DNA from: Candidatus Zixiibacteriota bacterium
GTDB lineage: Bacteria > Zixibacteria > MSB-5A5 > UBA10806 > 4484-95
DNA: 64,000 nt
Direction of reading: 5' to 3'
Assembly (NCBI GenBank): GCA_037441845.1
Contig: JBBIRK010000008.1
Coordinates: 10,226 to 74,225 of the forward strand
The position numbers were made by a program, and so were the translations under genes. Below are positions 10,401-18,159 of this stretch, piece by piece (position 1 is the stretch's first letter; each line of letters opens with the position of its first letter). The notes beneath the pieces were generated by a model. That model saw only the letters and a program-made list of their open reading frames with translations. It was not told the DNA's origin and ran no database searches.

Positions 10401-11879
10401 AGCTCTGGAGCTGTTCCTCACGGGTTTACGGGCATCACTCTGGCACCCGGGTTGTATTACATCATGGTTGATACCTGGCCGACACCTAACTGCGCCACTT
10501 TCGATCTGAGCATTATCGCCTGCCCGCCGACTCCGCCGAACGACGATTGCTCCAACGCCACCGCAATCGCCGGTCCATATCCGGCCAATGTGAGCGGTAC
10601 GACCTTGGGCGCTACTCTCGATTGCCCGGGCATCCTCGACTGGAACGGCGTCTGGTATACGTTTAACGCTCCCTACACATCCAACACGGTTTACATCGAC
10701 TACTGCCCGACGACCACTTCGTTGTCATCGGTCAGCGCCGTGTTCTTCACCGATTGCACTTGCGATACCACCACCTGGCAGGTCTACGATGCCGGCTCGT
10801 TCGTGACTTGCCCGAACACCACGACCAACGCCCAGATATTCTGGTATAACGTTCCCGGACCGGCTACCTATTACCTGCCGATAACTACGGGAACGATCGG
10901 CGCCGATTTCGATTTCACGATCGACGTCACCGAATACATTCCCTGCGAGGTCAATTGCCCGCCGGGCGCTACGCCTGAGCCTGAATCTTGCAGCCTTGAT
11001 CTCAATGGCGGATGCAACGCCACGCCGCCGGTGTTTTCCGATATCGCTTGCGGCGACACTATCTGCGGCACCGCCTGGGCGAATACCTCGCTGCGGGATA
11101 CCGATTGGTATATATTGAGGCTGACCAATCCCACGCTCATCACCTACACCGGAGTGGCGGAATTTCCGTTCCTGATGTTCGTAATCAACCCCAACGACAC
11201 GACTACCTGCGGCGACGAAACCATCTTGGCGTCGGCCACCGCCGATCCTTGCTCCACCGCCACGATTTCGGCTTCTCTCGCGGCTGGTGTCTGGTATCTC
11301 TGGGCCGGTCCATCAAGCTGGTTCAATATGCCTTGCGATGGGTCGGGTGATTACACCAACGATTACGTCATCTCCCTGTCCTGTCAACCCCTGTGGTTGA
11401 ACGTCGGCGTAAGCAGCGGAAGCGTGCCCCCGTTCTCGAGCATACCTGTGCCGGTTACGCTTGATGCCACTTATCTCACCGCCGGGACCTACACCGGTAA
11501 CGTGATATTCAACACCAACGACCCGTTGACTCCCACCGCCAGCGTGCCGGTGACGTTCGTGGTCACAGCCGGCGGCGCCTGCGACTATGTCCTGGGTGAT
11601 ATCAACGGCGACGGCAACCGTATCGGCGGCGACGTCACGTTCGGTGTGCGTTACTTCAAGGGAATCGGCTCGGCTCCGCCCGACAGCTGTTACATGGATT
11701 CGACCGGCACGTATCTGTATGTGGCCGGCGATGTCAACGGCAACTGCGAATTCAGAGGATCTGATATCACCAGATTGGTGGCCTTCTTCAAGGGGAATGC
11801 AGCTCTGGCATACTGCCACTTCTTCCCGCCGCCGATCATCAGACCGCTGAGTCCGATCGAGGTTGCCCCGATCCGGTAA
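7455..11879 (+). CDS. Large secreted Cys/Thr-rich multidomain protein with C-terminal dockerin-like domain; no catalytic motif recognised
   Basis: Signal peptide; N-terminal EGFEGTFPPTGW...LDDVVV jelly-roll (cleaved-adhesin/MAM-like); three PPNDDC-initiated and other PPC-like modules; a duplicated ~145-aa Cys-rich unit; Ig-like halves; dockerin-like C-terminus. GGAGG RBS. Confidence 0.85.
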   Translation: MRKILLLTLAVIFVSGICTALANQVAPNAVSVSNVNPIDNRNDSKSAPPTIPQHPTDNLALTTFINEGFEGTFPPTGWTRIITNSSYTWQQSSGYAHSGSYGANVPWNYLQDEWLVSPTFSLVGAGIDARVKFWWMASYDWMVSPYQNGDYELWISTDGGATWPTMLWDENSEGVFSSWTWYQEEISLAAYIGQSNVMLAFRYVADDAADIGLDDVVVTDDPDVPCVVTCPPGATLEAEACGDSINDGCNRVPFQFQSVTCPDTVCGTAWASTSLRDTDWYLLTLAQSESLYYYGTAEFPLALILINAGTGNCTTYSIITSATGNPCDTVSIIQYLAAGTYYLWAGPSVWVNMPCDGSGDYTNDYTLWFYCRGHVVGPPNDDCVSVTPVPLAPGSPLTFSGDNTNSTNDCSFLSYPQVWHAFTTTECLDITVDYCSTTPAFGNAYIILVDSCPCASSITYTSYDFTTCGDGNITITFLGVPPGTYYYPVLTDPANNAVGPYTIHVSGVACPPPPPNDDCANAQPVGFVFQLPWSTTSATYDGGGTCMTSKNIWYLFTSPVTDSVHVALCGSSFDTKLAVYDGSSCSPLPTVLLCNDDACNTTLQSEGYFYATQNSQYLIEVGGFSSYSGNGVLTIEAGDPIFGVTPTSLTDTAAVGSSVTDTLTVTNTGSAALNFTVIGAQNPFLRLDIDRQFESMNIPEGASFASENKEAKHPFLNNPTVKTEEIDEASLAMKEALAEQAKLEAQLALKGTSETFAVSKPDPAVILQGGDDIANATVITSLPYTDAGTTTGYTNDYSGSCGYDAGAPDVVYSYTPAGNQSISISLCGGTTWDTRLYVYENNSSTEIACNDDYCDLQSQLDAVSLTGGNTYYIVIDGYNISNGSYTIDVTQYVPPTCTPDLTVNLPAALPYNDIDRTNCGLGNDFSNTCLGSYDGGEDIIYELNVTSTICVDVTLTPDSTWTGIVLDDECPPNPTSCIAASVSSGAVPHGFTGITLAPGLYYIMVDTWPTPNCATFDLSIIACPPTPPNDDCSNATAIAGPYPANVSGTTLGATLDCPGILDWNGVWYTFNAPYTSNTVYIDYCPTTTSLSSVSAVFFTDCTCDTTTWQVYDAGSFVTCPNTTTNAQIFWYNVPGPATYYLPITTGTIGADFDFTIDVTEYIPCEVNCPPGATPEPESCSLDLNGGCNATPPVFSDIACGDTICGTAWANTSLRDTDWYILRLTNPTLITYTGVAEFPFLMFVINPNDTTTCGDETILASATADPCSTATISASLAAGVWYLWAGPSSWFNMPCDGSGDYTNDYVISLSCQPLWLNVGVSSGSVPPFSSIPVPVTLDATYLTAGTYTGNVIFNTNDPLTPTASVPVTFVVTAGGACDYVLGDINGDGNRIGGDVTFGVRYFKGIGSAPPDSCYMDSTGTYLYVAGDVNGNCEFRGSDITRLVAFFKGNAALAYCHFFPPPIIRPLSPIEVAPIR

Positions 11880-11926
11880 CCGCTATTCAAAGTCCGCCGA
11901 GTTAATGTCGGCCGGACGATGACTCG

Positions 11927-11963
11927 AAGGGTATCCGCTATGCGCGGGTACCCTTTTTTTTTT
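11927..11963 (+). terminator. Rho-independent terminator
   Basis: AAGGGTATCCGC-tatgc-GCGGGTACCCTT running into a long T tract. Confidence 0.85.
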
Positions 11964-12106
11964 GTGCCGATACCGCCAATGTCACCCGGCCAAGCCCATT
12001 TTCCAGTCGGTTACCGAACCCCGAACAAATTCGCGATTATGGATAATTCGGTGTCTTAATTTGCCGATAACGACAAATGGAATTCTACTCGAAGATGGAT
12101 TCGGAC

Positions 12107-12520
12107 ATGGCCAAGAAACGGAAAACAAAAGGCGCTGTTTCAGAAGGTGCGATCGAAAAAAACCGCATCCTGATTTTGGATAACGAGCCGGAAATGGATA
12201 ATCCTCTAATTAATTATTTATGGAATTCCGGATACGATACAATAGCGGTCGCCGGCATACGAAATATAAAAACAACCACGAACAAGTTCAAACCGGACCT
12301 GGTGATAGTCAATCTCGATCCTGGTCGCCCCGACTATTTGAAACACAATCTTGCCATAGCGCGGAATCTGGCGGCGGCCGACATCCCCGCAATTCACCTC
12401 GTATGTGGTTGCATAAAGTCAGAATTGGAAACACTGAATAAGCCGCCATGCCGATGTGTTGAAAAGCCGATCAGCGGCAAGAAACTTTTACGCTTGATCA
12501 AGCAGACAATCGGAAAATAA
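12107..12520 (+). CDS. Single-domain, atypical response regulator receiver
   Basis: RILILDNE...FKPDLVIVNL...VEKP receiver pattern; the phosphoacceptor Asp position is Asn. Start could also be 12077. Confidence 0.7.
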   Translation: MAKKRKTKGAVSEGAIEKNRILILDNEPEMDNPLINYLWNSGYDTIAVAGIRNIKTTTNKFKPDLVIVNLDPGRPDYLKHNLAIARNLAAADIPAIHLVCGCIKSELETLNKPPCRCVEKPISGKKLLRLIKQTIGK

Positions 12521-12638
12521 CTTCGAATCTCGCAGACTATCGTCAGTCACGCATTCAGCGTTCGTCAATGGGTTATAAAAGCGAAAGCGTTTTCGAAGTT
12601 CGGCGGGGGCAATCAGCGCCGCAACGAAAACTCAACCC

Positions 12639-14354
12639 CTACCGCGGCGGAAAATAGGGGCAGAATTCGAGCAGAGCCGAGCCTTTGAAATAGTTCACCA
12701 GCCGGGTGATATCCGAGCCGCGGAACTCGCAATTGCCGTTGACATCACCGGCGATATAAATGTAGGCGCCGATCGAATCGAAATAACAACTATCGGGAGG
12801 CGGCGCACCGATAGCCTTGAAAAAGCGCACGCCATAGGTGGCATCCGAGCCGATAAGCACGCCGTCGCCATTGATATCGCCGAGAACATAGTCGCAAGGA
12901 GGCGCCCCGGCCGTCCCCCGCGGGCTGTTCGAAAGAGCCGACAGGTTCAAATTATCGTCGGTCGATTTCAGAGCAAAATAGTATGACTGTCCCTGAACTA
13001 GGCCGCTGACGATCAGCGTCTCCGCGGCACCGCCGTTTTTAGGGTAGGGAAGATTACTGATTCTTGTCGCGGCGTTCCATTCGTTTTCCGTATCGATCGG
13101 ACCGAATGATTCCGCTCTGTAACGGATATCATAAAGGGCTGCCTGTCCCGACCCGCCGTCATCGCCGGGCGCCGTCCAGCGCAACGTGATTTGATTTCCG
13201 AGCGGGCCGCCTCCGGCAAAGAGGTTGGTTACCTGTCCCGGCAACATGTGATCGGAAGTATCCTCATCGAGCGGATAATAGCGCGGCAAACCGAGAATCA
13301 CCCTTTCATCCGGCCCGACGTTCACCCGACCGCTGGCGCTTACATGAAACAGACGCTGGCCGTTTGTCTTGATTACTATATCGCCGACGGCATAGCCGTT
13401 ATAGCTGCGATAGTCCCCAGGGGAACCGGAGCCTTCCTCCGTTTGCAGTACGATCGCCGCCGGCGCCGTCACGCAAACCGTGGCCAACGCCCGCAACACG
13501 TTATCGAGAATGTCGATTCGGGGAAAATCCCAGCCGCTGGCCTGCCCGCCGCCTACGTTTATACAGGCGATTCGGGGCGTCAATAAATTCATGTAATCTT
13601 TATTGGTAGAGCTTTCGCTACCATGGTGATTGACATGCAAAACTTCCACCCCTAAAGCCCCCAGCAGATTGGCTCCCGATGGCGACCGCAACGATTGGGC
13701 AAGCGGCGTTTCGACATTTGCGTAATCGGTGGCCGTATTTCTGCCGGTGCACCACTGATCGTCCTCGCCGCCTCCGAGGTCGGAGGCCCACAGGTACTCG
13801 AATTCGCCGTATCTGATAAGTAAAGCGATGCTCTTGTCGTTTTCCTCGGAAACCGAAACGCTTCCGCCGCCCAAGATATTCCCGTGAACGGCGACACAGG
13901 TTGCCGTGGCTCCATCACCGAGCTGTATTGTCGTGCCGAGCGTCATCGGGACAGCCGGGCCGGCGGTCGTGGTGGCGGCGGCGTTGAAAAAAGCGGTCAC
14001 GGTCGAGTTCGATTTGCTGCTGCCGTTGTAATAAACGCGGTTGAGCACATTGTATCCGCCGTAGATAACCTCGTCGAGTCCACCTATATGATCACCATCG
14101 AGATGGCCGGCAACCATATAGTTGAGGTCGTCGCTCGGTAAAAGGCCGATGCTGTTGAAATACGGCACGATATCGCCGTTGCCGTCGCCGTCGTTTCCGC
14201 CGTCCATCATCATGGTGGTGCCGTTCGGGCCGATAATCAAAGTGGCACCGGCGCACTGGACGTTGATATAGTGAATTTCGAGCAACCCCGAGGGGGTAAA
14301 GGCAGCCGCGCCGAGCGAAAACGAAAGAATCAATATCGCCGACAATAACCTCAC
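12639..14354 (-). CDS. Secreted ComEC/Rec2-like metallo-beta-lactamase-fold hydrolase with FN3-like and dockerin-like domains
   Basis: LEIHYINV, MMDGG, GHLDGDHIGG (HxDxDH), ENDKSI, SDL, HHGS motifs; WTAPGDD FN3-like domain; dockerin-like C-terminus. Likely GTG start at 14354 gives a signal peptide (MRLLSAILILSFSLGAAA); the ORF track starts at 14474. Confidence 0.8.
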   Translation of the reverse strand: MRLLSAILILSFSLGAAAFTPSGLLEIHYINVQCAGATLIIGPNGTTMMMDGGNDGDGNGDIVPYFNSIGLLPSDDLNYMVAGHLDGDHIGGLDEVIYGGYNVLNRVYYNGSSKSNSTVTAFFNAAATTTAGPAVPMTLGTTIQLGDGATATCVAVHGNILGGGSVSVSEENDKSIALLIRYGEFEYLWASDLGGGEDDQWCTGRNTATDYANVETPLAQSLRSPSGANLLGALGVEVLHVNHHGSESSTNKDYMNLLTPRIACINVGGGQASGWDFPRIDILDNVLRALATVCVTAPAAIVLQTEEGSGSPGDYRSYNGYAVGDIVIKTNGQRLFHVSASGRVNVGPDERVILGLPRYYPLDEDTSDHMLPGQVTNLFAGGGPLGNQITLRWTAPGDDGGSGQAALYDIRYRAESFGPIDTENEWNAATRISNLPYPKNGGAAETLIVSGLVQGQSYYFALKSTDDNLNLSALSNSPRGTAGAPPCDYVLGDINGDGVLIGSDATYGVRFFKAIGAPPPDSCYFDSIGAYIYIAGDVNGNCEFRGSDITRLVNYFKGSALLEFCPYFPPR

Positions 14355-14507
14355 GGCATAACACGGCCTTTTATTCCGGGCATATAAACCCAACGAGGTC
14401 CTCCTTCGAATCCATGAAGGTAACCCGTATAATATAAGCGAAGATCCGGAATTGTGAATTAAAAAAGTGATCATTGTGGTCAGTGGCGTCCATTGATTTC
14501 TGAGTAA

Positions 14508-15329
14508 TCATTCCGCGCTGAACGGGCCGCAGGTGAATTTGTCGATTATCATTTCCAATTTACCGGCGGTGCTTTTCAAGTTGAAATAATGCCGAAAAGT
14601 ATTTCCGAAACCCGCGCCCTTGATCCTCGGTTGGTCGGGATCGAATTCCCACGGATGCAGATAGACGATCACCGGACGCCCCTCGGCGTTGACCTTGCGA
14701 AAGTTGCGTCTTATCAAGAATCCCGGGTAAAATCTCAAGTAACCGCCGCCGCCTGCCGGAATCGTGCGACCCATGAAATCGACAACCGTCATCGGATACT
14801 CGCGGATGCTGGTATTTCGCAGAACGATATCGAAAGGAGCACGGGGAGCGTCAGCCGCCTTTCCATATCGGAAATGTTTCATGGGGAAAAGCGACGAATC
14901 ATATATGAACCCGAGATTAGCCAAGATTTCGAATTTAGCAAGATCGTCGGCATTCAAAGAAAAACTGGGCGCTCGATAGCCCACCACCTTTTCGCCGGTT
15001 ATATCCTCGAGCGTTTTTTTGGTGATTTCGACATCTTTCTTGAATTCGTCGTCGGTCATGCGGTAGAGAAGGCGGTGATCCCAACCGTGGCAGGCGATCT
15101 CGTGACCGGCCTCCGCGACCTTCTTGACCAACCCCCGATTCGATTCCGCTACGCATCCCAGAAAAAAGAAAGTGGCTTTTACGTTCTTGCACTCCAGAAT
15201 TTCAAGGATCACCTCAGTTCCTTTATCGACTCGGGTGGGGAAATTACCCCAATCCTCGCGGCGCACCGCTCTTTCGAGACCGCTTACCTGATAATATTCC
15301 TCTATATCGAAACTGAGGATGTTAACCAC
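14508..15329 (-). CDS. Polysaccharide deacetylase, XrtA/PEP-CTERM-locus type (DUF3473)
   Basis: SFDIEEY, ATFF, HEIACHGWDH, GYRAPSFS, YDSS, GGGYLR, YLHPWEFDPDQPR, FRHY. GTG at 15329 follows AAGGGGG. Confidence 0.9.
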   Translation of the reverse strand: MVNILSFDIEEYYQVSGLERAVRREDWGNFPTRVDKGTEVILEILECKNVKATFFFLGCVAESNRGLVKKVAEAGHEIACHGWDHRLLYRMTDDEFKKDVEITKKTLEDITGEKVVGYRAPSFSLNADDLAKFEILANLGFIYDSSLFPMKHFRYGKAADAPRAPFDIVLRNTSIREYPMTVVDFMGRTIPAGGGGYLRFYPGFLIRRNFRKVNAEGRPVIVYLHPWEFDPDQPRIKGAGFGNTFRHYFNLKSTAGKLEMIIDKFTCGPFSAE

Positions 15330-15357
15330 GGGCGGATTCCCCCTTCGCAAGTGAAGA

Positions 15358-16329
15358 TCAGCCGCTAAAAGCGGTCGGTTCGAGACGAAGATATTCGGTG
15401 GTCCTTTTTTTCTGATCGAGATCTTTCCAAACTCGCCTCACCTGCTCTTCTGTCAGATTCAAAACCCTGGCCGCCTCAGTCGCGGGAACGCCGTTATCTT
15501 TGGCATACCAAAGCAGATCCATCATCTTGAATTTAAGCCCGTAGAAAAATTCTTCTTGAGTTTGCTCGTCAGGGTAGGTATCGGTGGTAGGCGTTCTTTT
15601 CAGGATTTCGTCGGGAACCCCGAGATAGGCGCCGAGCTGAAACACCTGGGTCTTGAATAAGTGGGCTATCGGCTTAGTATCGGCACCGCCGTCGCCGTAT
15701 TTGACGAAAAATCCTTGCTCGTGCTCGTTTTTGTTGCCGGTTCCGATTACCGAGTAATTCAGCCGCTCGGCATGATAATACAGCATCAACATTCGGATCC
15801 GCTGTTTCATATTGGAGGCCGCCACTATTTGCAAATACTCTTTAAGCGGCAATCTTTTGGTGATAGGCTGACCTCCGGGCGGCGTGGCCGTTAGGCGGAA
15901 CAGGTTCAATCTGTCTGATTCGAGGATATTCGTAGGAAGTACGATTTTCGCTTTCCAGCCCGGACCGTATTCGGGAAATACGGCCTTGAACGCGGCGTCC
16001 CGCCACTTGTAACAGCCGGCTCCCTCGAGCGCCCGCGTCACGTCCTCCACGACATATTCATAGCCGAATTTTTCCGCGAGCAGCTTGCCCAGGCGGGTGG
16101 AATCGGCCGAGGAATCGCGGTCCGGCAGCAACACCCCCAGCATTTTTTTCGGCCCGAACGCCCGAGCGCAGAGGGCTGCCACCACCGCCGAATCGATCCC
16201 CCCCGAGGTGCCGACCACCGCGCCGGCCCGTCTGAATTTATTATAAACTTGATCTTGTAAAAAATTCACGAGCTCTTCGGCCGTCTTTTCGCAATCCAAT
16301 TCGAGCTCATCAAGGGAAAAGGCCATCAT
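15358..16329 (-). CDS. nadE: NH3-dependent NAD+ synthetase-like protein (NadE family, glycan-locus type)
   Basis: SGGIDS PP-loop, SNMKQRIRM, GTGNKNE, GFFVKYGDG, LFKTQV, PTTD; no glutaminase domain. Family is clear; in vivo substrate is not. Confidence 0.85.
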   Translation of the reverse strand: MMAFSLDELELDCEKTAEELVNFLQDQVYNKFRRAGAVVGTSGGIDSAVVAALCARAFGPKKMLGVLLPDRDSSADSTRLGKLLAEKFGYEYVVEDVTRALEGAGCYKWRDAAFKAVFPEYGPGWKAKIVLPTNILESDRLNLFRLTATPPGGQPITKRLPLKEYLQIVAASNMKQRIRMLMLYYHAERLNYSVIGTGNKNEHEQGFFVKYGDGGADTKPIAHLFKTQVFQLGAYLGVPDEILKRTPTTDTYPDEQTQEEFFYGLKFKMMDLLWYAKDNGVPATEAARVLNLTEEQVRRVWKDLDQKKRTTEYLRLEPTAFSG

Positions 16330-17864
16330 GCCCTCGCTTTCGTCTTGTATTTTTCCACCAATTCATACTTTTTCGTCTTGCCCGATTCGGTTTTCGGCAG
16401 CGCGTCAACCTGGTATATTTCACGCGGGATTTTGAACGGGGCAAGGTTCGCTCTAAGGTGTTTGCGAAGCTCTTTCTGATCGATTTCGCCCTTGGCCACA
16501 ATATAAGCCACGATCGCCTCCCCCAAAATCTCATCCGGTACCCCGACCACCGCCGATTCTATAACTCCGGCGAACTCGGCGATTACCTCTTCAATCTCCT
16601 TCGGTGATATCCGGTGCGCCCCGCTTTTTATCATCTCCGAACTGCGGCTTACGATATAAAGATATCCCTCTTCATCGGCTTTCGCCAGGTCTCCCGTATG
16701 CAAACCATCGGGTTTCAACACACGGGCGGTATCCTCGGGATTGTTCCAGTAACCCATCATTATATTGTCGCCTTTGGCGACTATCTCTCCGACTTTCCCG
16801 GGCGGGCAGATTCGTCCGTCTTCATCTTTGATAGTCAGCTCCACCCCGGGTATCGCTTTCCCGATAGAGCCGATTTTTTCGAGCAGTTTTTCGGGTTCAA
16901 GATAAGACAACCGCGCCGAGGCTTCGGTTTGCCCATACATTATGTATATTTTTATATGCGGCAGCGCCTCCATGATTTTCTGGGTCAGCGCCGGCGTCAT
17001 CGGTCCGCCGGCCTGAGTGATATAGCGCAAATGCTCGAATCGATAATTGCGGATATTCGATTTATGCATCAGGATAGCGAAAGTCGACGGCACGCCCGAG
17101 AAACCGGTGACCCTTTCTTGAGCCATTATTTCAAGGATCACGTTGGGATAAGCAAACCGCCCGTCTATAACCAAGCTTCCGCCGACAGCCATATGAGTTA
17201 AAAGCAACGAATTGCCGTAGGAATAATAAAACGGCAAAATCGCCATCACCCGGTCTTCGGCGTTCAAATCGAGGTAACGGATTATCGAACTCGTATTCGC
17301 GTGAAGATTCCTGTGGCTTAACGTAACCCCCTTAGGTTTACCGGTGGTGCCCGAAGTGTAGATAATCTGCGCCGGGTCGGTTTCCTGGCGGCTTGTTTGC
17401 GGCCTGGCGGGATCACCGCTAAGTTGGATATCGACAAGACTCAGCGCCCTGATATCTTTCGGAAGATGTTCGGCGCGGTCCTCGGCGACGACAAAACGCA
17501 GCGAGGGAATATCATGATAGACTTCTTTAATCACGGGCACGGCGTTTTTGCCTATAATCAAGCCGGTCACCGAGCAATCGCTCAGGATATTGCGGAAATC
17601 GCGTGCCGTTCCCTGCGAATTAAGCCCTACCACTATTCCGCCGGCCTTAAGGATTGCGAAATAAGCGATAATATAGTTTATTGAAGACTCGATTAAAATC
17701 CCCACCCGATCGCCGGGATGCAGATTCAGTTTCAGCAGCTGGTTGGCAAGCCGATTGGCCGCCGCTTCCAAACCCAGATAATTTATCCGTCCACCCAAAT
17801 GGATAGCGGCGTCTTTATAGGGAAATCTGGCGGCGTTTTCCTCCAAGTAATGATGAATCAGCAT
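16326..17864 (-). CDS. AMP-binding adenylate-forming enzyme (acyl- or aminoacyl-carrier ligase)
   Basis: YTSGTTGKPKG, YGQTEA, GEI, HTGDL, IKSGAHRISPKEIE, LPKTESGK. Confidence 0.92.
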   Translation of the reverse strand: MLIHHYLEENAARFPYKDAAIHLGGRINYLGLEAAANRLANQLLKLNLHPGDRVGILIESSINYIIAYFAILKAGGIVVGLNSQGTARDFRNILSDCSVTGLIIGKNAVPVIKEVYHDIPSLRFVVAEDRAEHLPKDIRALSLVDIQLSGDPARPQTSRQETDPAQIIYTSGTTGKPKGVTLSHRNLHANTSSIIRYLDLNAEDRVMAILPFYYSYGNSLLLTHMAVGGSLVIDGRFAYPNVILEIMAQERVTGFSGVPSTFAILMHKSNIRNYRFEHLRYITQAGGPMTPALTQKIMEALPHIKIYIMYGQTEASARLSYLEPEKLLEKIGSIGKAIPGVELTIKDEDGRICPPGKVGEIVAKGDNIMMGYWNNPEDTARVLKPDGLHTGDLAKADEEGYLYIVSRSSEMIKSGAHRISPKEIEEVIAEFAGVIESAVVGVPDEILGEAIVAYIVAKGEIDQKELRKHLRANLAPFKIPREIYQVDALPKTESGKTKKYELVEKYKTKARA

Positions 17865-17882
17865 GTCAACCCCGGATACGGT

Positions 17883-18143
17883 TCAGGAATTTTTCTTGCG
17901 CCCGATATAACCGGCGATCCGATTGACCGAGTCGAGGTTTTCCGGCACCAATTCGTTGTCTTCCACGGTAAAACCGAAATTGCTTTCGATAAAACTCACC
18001 AGCTCCAGCACACCTGTGGAGTCGATAATTCCTTTATCGAGCAAGGAATCATCGTCGCCAAGTTCCTCGGCCGGACGACCGATCATGAAATTTTCCAGTA
18101 TGAAATTGCGGATCTGTTGGACTGCCTCCAAGTTCCCTCCCAT
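17883..18143 (-). CDS. Acyl/aminoacyl carrier protein
   Basis: GIIDSTGVLELV phosphopantetheine-site motif, acidic, LVPENLDSV tail. True start may be TTG at 18131 behind GGGAGG. Confidence 0.92.
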   Translation of the reverse strand: MGGNLEAVQQIRNFILENFMIGRPAEELGDDDSLLDKGIIDSTGVLELVSFIESNFGFTVEDNELVPENLDSVNRIAGYIGRKKNS

Positions 18144-18159
18144 CGATCAAATTTGCCAA

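Noticed and set aside
12639..14354. Competence gene comEC
   Set aside because: No multi-TM Competence domain or other com genes; only the MBL domain is shared.
16326..18143. NRPS/PKS secondary metabolite cluster
   Set aside because: No condensation, ketosynthase or thioesterase domains; context is glycan-related.
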